Assembly: GCA_028277865.1 (NCBI GenBank)
Contig: JANQFM010000410.1
Span: 1-30,374, forward strand
DNA from: Acidobacteriota bacterium
GTDB lineage: Bacteria; Acidobacteriota; UBA6911; RPQK01; DATIPO01
Length of the DNA: 30,374 bases
Direction of reading: 5' to 3'
Positions 1 through 9,490 of this stretch are shown here, in pieces; the stretch's first letter is position 1; each line of letters starts with the position of its first letter. A program made the translations under genes and the position numbers. The notes below the pieces were generated by a model. The model made no database searches. It saw only the letters and a program-made list of their open reading frames with translations, and had not been told where the DNA came from.

Positions 1-2272
1 ATGAAAAACCAAGCCCGACAGCAAGCCCGAACAAAACGGGTTTTGCGCCTTGCCACAAGACTTTCCTAAGTATGCTGCTGCGCCGAGCGCCAACGGTCAT
101 CCTCACACCCAATTCGCGCTTGCGGGACTGCACCCAGAAGGCCTTTTGGGCGAAGATCCCCAAGGCGGCAACCGCCACGGCCATCAGGCCCAGCCAATTC
201 AGCACCGTCTTCCCCAATTTCATCGCCCTCAAGTTCTTTTCCACAAACGCGTCGACCTCCGTCGCATAAACGTAATAGGGAATTGCAGGCAAGGCCTTGA
301 GTTGCTGGATGATTTTGGCTACCAGCCCTTCTACAACTCTCACCAGCAAATAATCGCCAGCCCGATGGATGCCTGTACCCTGATACTGGCTCAGGGGCAG
401 GTAGCACTGGAGCCTGGGCTCGGCGAAGACGGAAGTCTCGACGCGATGATCGTCCAGCACACCGACCACCCGCCTGCAGTGGGGATCCCGAAAGGCGTAA
501 AGGCAGTCGCCGATCGGATTGCGGTCTCCCCAAATCTGCTTGGCCAGTCGCTGGTTGACAATGGCCACCTTTTCAGAGGTCGAGGAATCCCGGTGGGTGA
601 AGGCCCGGCCTGCCGACAGGGTCATTCCCATGGATGAGATATAGCCGGGAGAGATGCCGGAAAGATAGATGCCCTCGCCTAGTTGAAGCGGTTGCCTGCT
701 CGGGCCGCGCATGCTGGTGACTTGAAACCTGCGGAAAGGCCCGGAGGTTGCGGTGGCTGTGGAAATCACGCCGGGCAAGGATCGGGCTCTGTCCTCAAAC
801 CTGCTGAAAAGTTGCCCGATGGATGCCTCGGAGTGCCCCAGCTTGCGCAAGTTGGGCACCTCCAGCATGACCAGGTTGCCGGGCGCAAAGCCCAGCCCGC
901 TGACGGCGTTGCTGATGGTGGTGTGGAAAAGTGCGGTCTGGGCCAGAAAGCAGACTGCGACGGCGACCTGAATGAACACCAGGATGGTTCGCCCTTGCCC
1001 GGCCTTAAGGAATCCGGGCCGCCACTGGCCTTGGAACCTGGGGGCCATTCCCACCAGCACCGACTGCAAGCCTGCCGGCATTCCCGTGGCGCACATGACT
1101 GCCAGGACGGTGGCAGCCAAAACGAGGGCAAACCAGGCGCTGAACAGGTCTGAGATGGCTGACTGCGGTAAGCCCATCGACTTTTCGAGTGTCCTGACGA
1201 TCACGAAAAAGAAGATCAAGGCCACTGCGGTGGCGGCAATCGACATGACCAGCCCCTCGGCGACCGCCTGGCGGAATATTCTGCCTCTGGTTGCGCCCAG
1301 CTGGATTTGGATCACGGTTGCCTGCCAGCGCCGCAGGTTTCTGAAAAGCCCCAATGCCGCGACATTGGCGCAGGCAGCCCCCAGGCCCAGCAGGGCCATG
1401 AGCGACCCCCAGACCAGCATAGTTTCGGAAAGCCGCGTCGGCTGGCTGAGCCTGTTGACTTCCAGATGCACGTCGAGGACCTTCTGTCCGGCCAATAGGG
1501 AGGCCTCGGATCCCAGCAGCGCTCCCTTCAGAAGCGACTGGATGCGGGCCGGGCTGTGGCCGTTGCGGGGCCGCAGCAGGATCTTGAAGAGCCTTTTGTC
1601 CGCATCGGCCAGGATCTCCAAGGCCGAGCTGGCAAAGGGGTAGGCGAAGCCCAGCGAAGGCTCCAGCGGCAGCCAGATCTCGGAAGGCTTGTGGGACAAG
1701 CCTCGGAAACCCTCCGGCAGGACGCCGATCAGGCTGTGAGGTTGGTCGGCAATCGTCAACTCGACGCGCCCATCGGCCCTCGAGTCGGGAAAGGCCTCTT
1801 TCCAGAAGCCGTGATCCGCTATCGCCACCGGGTCGCCGGATGTGCCCCAGACGCATTCCTTTTCAGAAAACGGGCGGCCCATGACAGGCTTGACACCCAA
1901 CAGCTCGAAGTAGTTGCCGCTGACCAGCGTGGCTTCGACTTCCTGCGAAGCCACGCCCTTGCCGAAGCCGACGGGAGCACGGAATTCGCAAGCCACATCG
2001 GCGCTTTCCCCAAGAATCTCCCGAATGTGCTCGAACAGCGGGTAGGAAGTCCGCTCCACCCGGACCCGGCTGCCCGATAAGGAACTCTGGTCGAAGCTCA
2101 ATTCAAAGAGGTTGCCAGGCTGCAAAACATGGGGGGGCATCGTGGAGAGGTTGGTCTTCAGGATGGTGATGAAGGCCAGATTGACGCCGATTCCCAAAGC
2201 CAGGATGACTGTGGCGGTGACAAAGAAAGGCTTGTCCCGCCAAACGCTCCTCCAAGCGGTCCTCAAGATCAA
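1..2272 (-). CDS. MacB/FtsX-type duplicated ABC permease (ADOP-like), 3' end runs off the window; not in the ORF track
   Basis: Hand translation gives an unbroken frame from TTG 2272 (GAGGAG 8 nt upstream) to base 1. Family motifs: ILALGIGVNLAFIT, VSGNYFELLGVKPVMGRPF, CANVAALG..IQLGATRGRIFRQ, LVFIQVA, GFAPGNL, SLPGV, ISPGYISSMGMTLSAGRAF, VAIVNQ, RELGVRMTVGA. Confidence 0.88.
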   Translation of the reverse strand, partial: MILRTAWRSVWRDKPFFVTATVILALGIGVNLAFITILKTNLSTMPPHVLQPGNLFELSFDQSSLSGSRVRVERTSYPLFEHIREILGESADVACEFRAPVGFGKGVASQEVEATLVSGNYFELLGVKPVMGRPFSEKECVWGTSGDPVAIADHGFWKEAFPDSRADGRVELTIADQPHSLIGVLPEGFRGLSHKPSEIWLPLEPSLGFAYPFASSALEILADADKRLFKILLRPRNGHSPARIQSLLKGALLGSEASLLAGQKVLDVHLEVNRLSQPTRLSETMLVWGSLMALLGLGAACANVAALGLFRNLRRWQATVIQIQLGATRGRIFRQAVAEGLVMSIAATAVALIFFFVIVRTLEKSMGLPQSAISDLFSAWFALVLAATVLAVMCATGMPAGLQSVLVGMAPRFQGQWRPGFLKAGQGRTILVFIQVAVAVCFLAQTALFHTTISNAVSGLGFAPGNLVMLEVPNLRKLGHSEASIGQLFSRFEDRARSLPGVISTATATSGPFRRFQVTSMRGPSRQPLQLGEGIYLSGISPGYISSMGMTLSAGRAFTHRDSSTSEKVAIVNQRLAKQIWGDRNPIGDCLYAFRDPHCRRVVGVLDDHRVETSVFAEPRLQCYLPLSQYQGTGIHRAGDYLLVRVVEGLVAKIIQQLKALPAIPYYVYATEVDAFVEKNLRAMKLGKTVLNWLGLMAVAVAALGIFAQKAFWVQSRKRELGVRMTVGARRSSILRKVLWQGAKPVLFGLAVGLGFS

Positions 2273-2349
2273 ATCAGCTTCTCCTCAACAGGGCTGCATT
2301 GCCGGCATCCCGAGCGGCCCCGAATCTCAACCTCCGGGTACCGATCTAG

Positions 2350-2370
2350 GAACTGCGAACCGCGAACTCT
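2350..2370 (+). repeat. Three-unit heptamer tandem repeat
   Basis: GAACTGC GAACCGC GAACTCT in the spacer between the TonB-like gene and the permease. Confidence 0.5.
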
Positions 2371-2378
2371 CTGTTCAT

Positions 2379-3101
2379 TCAGCGGCACCCTGTGCAGGGA
2401 ACGCCGTCGCCGGCACGGCTCACATGTTCGAACCCCTCGCCCCGGAGATAGGATTCGGCAGTCCTGCAGCGATCCATCGGCGTTCGTGTGCAGTCAATCG
2501 AGACCGGGATTTGCGGGTTGAGTTCGACAGGCCCCCGCACCTGGAGTTCGTCCAAAGGGATGTTCAAGGCCTTTGGAGTGCTCTCCATCTCGAATTCGTC
2601 CCTCACCCTCACATCGACAATCTGAGCCGTTTCCTTAATGTCCGCCTGCAGGCCGCTGGCCCGCTGACGCTCGATCATCTCCTGCGGCGACAGCAATCTG
2701 CCCATGCCATCTTGGTTGACCAAGTACAGGGTCACCTTGCCGGTGATTTCGACGGGACGGCCCCGAATCGTCGTTTCCGAGAACGCCCAGCCCCGCAAGG
2801 AGGAGCGGAGGGTTTCGGCCAATGCAGGATGAGGGGATTGAACGATCGACACCTGAGAGACCTTGCCTTTCGTGTCGATCACCAGCGAGCTGACCACCAC
2901 TCCCTGGCCGCCGGCCCTGGAAACAGTCGACGGCACAGAAATGGGCTTGGAGCGGATCATCTTCCGCAGCAAGGCCCTCTCCCCGATCCAAATCCGGCCG
3001 GCGTCCGAGGGCACCGAATCCCACCTCGCCACCGCCGCTGCCAAACACAACAGCCCGCCACCTGCCAGCATTGTCTTCAACGGCAAGCCGGAGATACGCA
3101 T
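2379..3101 (-). CDS. Exported TonB C-terminal domain fused to a rhodanese-like domain (240 aa)
   Basis: Start moved to ATG 3101 (MRISG..). Hydrophobic N-terminus LAGGGLLCLAAAVA. TonB-C pattern GQGVVVSSLVIDTKGKVSQVSIVQSPHPAL..WAF..GRPV. Rhodanese pattern IVDVRVRDEF..ALNIPLDEL..IDC..AESYLRGEGFEHV. Confidence 0.78.
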   Translation of the reverse strand: MRISGLPLKTMLAGGGLLCLAAAVARWDSVPSDAGRIWIGERALLRKMIRSKPISVPSTVSRAGGQGVVVSSLVIDTKGKVSQVSIVQSPHPALAETLRSSLRGWAFSETTIRGRPVEITGKVTLYLVNQDGMGRLLSPQEMIERQRASGLQADIKETAQIVDVRVRDEFEMESTPKALNIPLDELQVRGPVELNPQIPVSIDCTRTPMDRCRTAESYLRGEGFEHVSRAGDGVPCTGCR

Positions 3102-3205
3102 AACTACCCTTATTTCTTCTGAGGCTAATCTTATGTGAATTGAATCAGTGTGGGGCGCGGGGAATCCTGTTTCCAGAAGCCCAGCACCCAAGCAGCCATT
3201 TGGCG

Positions 3206-3427
3206 TTAGCTGAACGCCGATCTCCCCCCACAAGAACCGCTTACGGAGCAGCCGGAGCCATCAGCGTGGGGCGTGCAGTATTCGTGCCCGACTTTATGGC
3301 CAGCCTGGCAGCCGTGAATGCCATCGTCCGTTTGCATGCATTCTTCACAAGCCAGCGAATGGCTGAGCGGGATCCAGCAGATCGCCGCAGTCAACAGGAT
3401 GGCCAGAAATACTCTTCTCGGATTCAT
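3206..3427 (-). CDS. Small secreted Cys/His-rich protein (73 aa; about 47 aa mature, 6 Cys, 4 His)
   Basis: Strong RBS GAGGAGG before ATG 3427; signal peptide MNPRRVFLAILLTAAICWIPLSHSLA; sigma70-like promoter upstream. Confidence 0.75.
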   Translation of the reverse strand: MNPRRVFLAILLTAAICWIPLSHSLACEECMQTDDGIHGCQAGHKVGHEYCTPHADGSGCSVSGSCGGRSAFS

Positions 3428-3494
3428 GGAGCCTCCTCGATCTTGCTTCAAAAAATGTGTTGTACTTCGAACAGGAAACAACACTGCCGTGAGG

Positions 3495-3523
3495 ATCATA
3501 GCCTATTATGCTCTTCACATCAA
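3495..3523 (-). promoter_or_regulatory. sigma70-type promoter for the peptide/TonB-rhodanese/permease unit
   Basis: TTGATG (3523-3518), 17 nt, TATGAT (3500-3495) in a visibly AT-rich patch about 67 nt upstream of ATG 3427. Confidence 0.65.
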
Positions 3524-3686
3524 ATACCAAGTTAATTTGCAAATCAAAGAGATCCATTGAGGGCGAACTTCTCTGGGAAGGAAACCAAAAGGCACGAAAT
3601 CCCTCACGAACAACTCACAAGAGAGCAGATTCCGCGTCAATCTCGTAAGGCTTTCGCGATCATTCGCGGCTCCCCCCCGGAACTGG

Positions 3687-3754
3687 GTGCTGCTTTCCGT
3701 TTACGCTGACGTAGCGGCGGCCGAAGAATAGCAGCGTATTTACGGAAAGCAGCA

Positions 3755-3755
<1 letters not shown>
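3687..3755 (-). repeat. Long inverted repeat / stem-loop immediately after the clpB stop
   Basis: GTGCTGCTTTCCGT (3687-3700) pairs with ACGGAAAGCAGCAC (3742-3755), 14 bp perfect. Inner TACGCTG/CAGCGTA adds 7 bp. No U-tract. Confidence 0.7.
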
Positions 3756-6388
<2,633 letters not shown>

Positions 6389-6529
6389 TCAACTGCTCCT
6401 TGACAAGTCGATCTTCGACAGCGGCAATCCGGTAGCGCCTGCCGGGCTCCGAGATGCCGGCCTGATGCATGCAGAGCCCGCAGGGATGCGGGCGCTCCAG
6501 CCGAACAGGTTTTCAGATCCGACCGCTTC

Positions 6530-6559
6530 CATATAAGATGTAGGGGCCGCTCCGGCAAG
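6530..6559 (-). promoter_or_regulatory. Putative clpB promoter
   Basis: CTTGCC-N16-CTTATAT on the minus strand; also reads as TTGCCG-N17-TATATG. Confidence 0.4.
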
Positions 6560-6573
6560 CCGCGGCAGCAATC

Positions 6574-6603
6574 CTTGATAGCAATAGAGCAAGATCTTAG
6601 TAT
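6574..6603 (+). promoter_or_regulatory. Putative hsp20-grpE promoter
   Basis: TTGATA (6575-6580), 17 nt, TAGTAT (6598-6603); RBS GAGGA at 6623-6627. Confidence 0.55.
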
Positions 6604-6634
6604 ATGCCGCAAGGTGGTAAATGAGGACAAAACT

Positions 6635-7066
6635 ATGATGCAAGACCCCTTTCGAGACCTGATGAACCTGCAGGAACGGATGCGGCGCCTGTTTGAAGAA
6701 AGCCTGCAGTCCGTCACCTCCAAGGGAACTCCTTCCCAAAGCTGGACTCCGGCTGTCGACATCTATGAAACGGCCCAGGAAGTCGTATTGGAGGCCGAAC
6801 TGCCTCAGGTCAGCAAGGAGCACATCGACATTCAGATCGAGGGCAACACCCTGGTGTTGCACGGGCAGCGCGAGCTGGCTGAGTCCGTAGGCCAGCAGCG
6901 CAGCTACCATCAGCGCGAACGCGCCTTCGGATCCTTTCAGCGGCGCTTTCCGATACGCTCTCACATCCATGCCGAACATGTGCATGCGCGCTTCCATGAC
7001 GGTGTGTTGAGCATCCGAATCCCCAAAAAACAAGAAAGCCCGGCCCGGCGCATAGCCATCGATTGA
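6635..7066 (+). CDS. Hsp20/alpha-crystallin small heat-shock protein
   Basis: Start moved to ATG 6635 after GAGGA. DPFRDLMNLQERMRRLFEE, WTPAVDIYET, ELPQVSKEHIDI, RERAFGSFQRRF, ARFHDGVLSIRIPK, C-terminal I-x-I (RRIAID). Confidence 0.95.
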   Translation: MMQDPFRDLMNLQERMRRLFEESLQSVTSKGTPSQSWTPAVDIYETAQEVVLEAELPQVSKEHIDIQIEGNTLVLHGQRELAESVGQQRSYHQRERAFGSFQRRFPIRSHIHAEHVHARFHDGVLSIRIPKKQESPARRIAID

Positions 7067-7107
7067 ACGCCAAGGCTGGGGCAAAAAAGGATAAGAGAGA
7101 AAAGAGA

Positions 7108-7707
7108 ATGGAAGGCAAGGGAAACAGCGATCCGCACGAGGGTCAGCAACCCGAGATTCAGGTGACCGACCGACGCTTTTGGGTTGTGGATGATGAGGCG
7201 GTCGACAACGCCAAGGAGCCGCAGCGAAAGCTGCCCAGCTTTGTCGAGCACTTGCAGGCCCGCACCGAAACTGCCGAGCAAAAACTGAAAGAGCGCCTGC
7301 AGGAGCTGGAGAAGGAAAACGAGGCCTATCGAGACCGCCAGGCCCGCCAGGCGGAGCGGCGTTTGGCCAAGGAAAAGGAAGACCTGTTGGGCGGCTTTCT
7401 GGAGACAGTGGACAACCTGGAGCGCACCCTTGAGGCTGTCGAGGCGGGCGGCGGGCTGGAGAGCCTCAACAAAGGGGTGGCCTTGACCCTGGAGCTTCTC
7501 CGCAAGCGCCTGCAGTCCGAAGGGGTCCAGGAACTGGACCTGCTCCACCGCGAATTCGATCCCCACCAGGCCGAAGCGATGGGGTACGCGTCCGTGGACG
7601 ACCCTCAACTGGACCAGAAGGTCGTCGAGATCCTGCAGCCCGGCTATCGGATGGGCGAAACTTTGCTGCGTCCGGCGCGGGTGAGGATTGGGCAGTTCGA
7701 GGGATAG
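7108..7707 (+). CDS. grpE: Nucleotide exchange factor GrpE
   Basis: IQVTDRR, FLETVDNLERTL, FDPHQAEAM, VVEILQPGYRMGETLLRPARVRI; start taken at ATG 7108 after a purine-rich tract. Confidence 0.9.
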   Translation: MEGKGNSDPHEGQQPEIQVTDRRFWVVDDEAVDNAKEPQRKLPSFVEHLQARTETAEQKLKERLQELEKENEAYRDRQARQAERRLAKEKEDLLGGFLETVDNLERTLEAVEAGGGLESLNKGVALTLELLRKRLQSEGVQELDLLHREFDPHQAEAMGYASVDDPQLDQKVVEILQPGYRMGETLLRPARVRIGQFEG

Positions 7708-7734
7708 TTGTCAGTCGTCAGTTGTCAGTTGGGA
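7707..7734 (+). repeat. Four-unit heptamer tandem repeat directly after the grpE stop
   Basis: GTTGTCA GTCGTCA GTTGTCA GTTGGGA. Confidence 0.7.
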
Positions 7735-7790
7735 CTTTTTGGATTTTCGGATGTCCCTTTTCGCGTCTTTTCGCGGGCTTCCACTCCCCG

Positions 7791-7799
7791 TGCTAGAAT
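7791..7799 (+). promoter_or_regulatory. Extended -10 promoter element for amrB
   Basis: TGcTAGAAT, 18 nt upstream of ATG 7818. Confidence 0.45.
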
Positions 7800-7817
7800 G
7801 GCCAAAAGGGTCTGGAA

Positions 7818-8624
7818 ATGATTCGTAAAGCAGCATTTGCCGGAAGCTTCTACCCCTCGGACGCCCAGGATTTGCGGGCTGCCTTGGGTCGCCTTCTGCA
7901 GCCAAGTGCCGCCAAGGCCCCCGCCAAGGCCATCATCGCCCCCCACGCCGGCTACTATTACTCGGGCCAAGTGGCTGCAGCCACCTATTCCTCGGTGGTG
8001 CTGCCGCGCCGCTACATCCTGCTCTGCCCCAACCACACCGGTGTCGGCGCACCCATCTCGATCCAGTCGGCGGGACGCTGGGAGACGCCCCTGGGAACGG
8101 TCAAGATCGACAAGGAAGTGGCTGACTTGGTGCGCAAGCACTGCCTGGTCGTGCAGGAAAGCCCTCAGGCACACAGCAAGGAGCACGCCATTGAGGTTCA
8201 CCTGCCATTTTTGCAGCAACTGCTGTCCGGCGGCTTCCGGTTCGTTCCCATTTCAGTGGGGACAGTCCGGCTGGAGAGCTTGATGGAACTGGGGCGAGGT
8301 TTGGCAGCAGCCATTCGGGAGTGCGCTGATCCGGTGCTGCTGGTGGCCAGTTCGGATATGAATCACTTCGAGGATGCCGAGTCGACCCGCCGCAAGGACG
8401 CTCAGGCCATCGACTGCATCCGCCGCCTGGACAGCCGCAAGCTTTTTGAGACCGTCCATCGCTGCCAGATCTCGATGTGCGGCTACGGGACCGCCATCGC
8501 CGTGATCGAGGCGTCGCGCGCACAGGGCGCCACTCGGGCCGAGCTGGTGAGCTACAGCCATTCCGGAGAGGTCAACGGGGAGCTGTCCAGCGTCGTCGGC
8601 TACGCTGGCGTGGTGATCCACTGA
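7818..8624 (+). CDS. amrB: AmmeMemoRadiSam system protein B (MEMO1 family)
   Basis: IRKAAFAGSFYP, IIAPHAGYYYSG, LCPNHTG, WETPLG, EHAIEVHLPFLQ, VASSDMNHF, SMCGYG, VVGYAG. Confidence 0.93.
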   Translation: MIRKAAFAGSFYPSDAQDLRAALGRLLQPSAAKAPAKAIIAPHAGYYYSGQVAAATYSSVVLPRRYILLCPNHTGVGAPISIQSAGRWETPLGTVKIDKEVADLVRKHCLVVQESPQAHSKEHAIEVHLPFLQQLLSGGFRFVPISVGTVRLESLMELGRGLAAAIRECADPVLLVASSDMNHFEDAESTRRKDAQAIDCIRRLDSRKLFETVHRCQISMCGYGTAIAVIEASRAQGATRAELVSYSHSGEVNGELSSVVGYAGVVIH

Positions 8625-9084
8625 AACTGTGGCAAATGGCCACCGCCAGGGCGTCGGCTGCGTCGTGGGGCTGAGGGGGCGCTTGCATATTGAGCAGCGT
8701 CTTGACCATCATCTGGATCTGGCCTTTGTCCGCCCTTCCATAACCCACCACGGCCTTTTTGACTTCCAAAGGCGAGTACTCCAGCACCGGCAGCCCCGCT
8801 TCTGCAGCAGCCAGCAGGATCACCCCGCGGGCGTGGCCCAGCTTGAGGGCCGTTTTGACGTTGGCGGCGTAAAAGACCTCTTCCACAGCCACAACGTCGG
8901 GGGAATGCTCCTGGAGGAGCTCGCCCAGGCGCTTGTAGATTCGATGCAGGCGCTGCGGGAATCCGACTCCGCCGCCTGCGGCTTCGATCTTGCCGTGGCC
9001 CAGGCAGCACAGCCGGCTTCCCTGCGTCTCGATCACACCGTAGCCCGTCACCCTGCTGCCCGGATCCACCCCAAAAACTCGCAC
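8572..9084 (-). CDS. ruvC: Holliday junction resolvase RuvC
   Basis: GVDPGSRVTGYGVI, VAVEEVF, LKLGHARGV, EYSPLEVKKAVVGYGRADKGQIQMMV, DAADALAVAICH; GTG start with an in-frame stop 12 codons upstream. Confidence 0.97.
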   Translation of the reverse strand: MRVFGVDPGSRVTGYGVIETQGSRLCCLGHGKIEAAGGGVGFPQRLHRIYKRLGELLQEHSPDVVAVEEVFYAANVKTALKLGHARGVILLAAAEAGLPVLEYSPLEVKKAVVGYGRADKGQIQMMVKTLLNMQAPPQPHDAADALAVAICHSFSGSPRQRSRRRWTAPR

Positions 9085-9090
9085 CGGTGA

Positions 9091-9096
9091 ATCATA
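9091..9096 (-). promoter_or_regulatory. -10 element for a probably leaderless ruvC transcript
   Basis: TATGAT ends 6 nt before GTG 9084; no Shine-Dalgarno sequence. Confidence 0.45.
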
Positions 9097-9270
9097 GCTG
9101 GCAGGACGGACAAAATGTCAGTTGGAAGCGACCGGTAGACTTGTCCTCAAATAAGCGCATGCGAACGGATTCCGGAGTTTCACGCCTTCCAATCACGCTG
9201 TTCGGATAAGCGTTAACTTAATAAGGGCGGGTGTTTCCTTCCAGTTGCAGAAAAGGGGAATGGCGTCTTC

Positions 9271-9388
9271 ACCTGCTTCAGCAGGTTGCCCGAAAGCTTC
9301 AGCCTTTCGGGTTATTAGCCCAGTCCTTCAGGGCTGGGGACTGAGTGCACAAGGCAAATGCAAGCCCGTCTTTCAACGGGCTTTTCTC
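9271..9388. repeat. Cluster of four hairpins with TTCA-containing loops (REP/BIME-like)
   Basis: ACCTGC-TTCA-GCAGGT; CCCGAAAGC-TTCA-GCCTTTCGGG; CCCAGTCC-TTCA-GGGCTGGG; AAGCCCGT-CTTTCA-ACGGGCTT. Confidence 0.6.
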
Positions 9389-9490
9389 TGGGCTTCAGGC
9401 TCGGCTCCGGCAGACTTGGCGGAAATTGGGCAGCGACGTTCAGGGGGCCAAAGCCGGCTGCTGGAAGCCTGCCGCGCAGGATCTGCAGGC

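Noticed and set aside
50-2080. Track ORFs in the first 2 kb
   Set aside because: All are alternative frames or antisense to the continuous permease frame, which the track missed because it runs off the window.
2131-2137. G7 run as a possible frameshift or phase-variation site in the permease
   Set aside because: With seven G the frame stays open (..TMPPHVLQP..), so there is no disruption.
2346-2378. Mini-ORF MNREFAVRSS abutting the TonB-like gene stop
   Set aside because: 10 codons made of the heptamer repeat, no RBS, out of frame with the permease.
6574-6593. CTTG..CAAG as an HspR HAIR operator
   Set aside because: Spacing is one base short and the inner arms do not match CTTGAGT/ACTCAAG; no CIRCE either.
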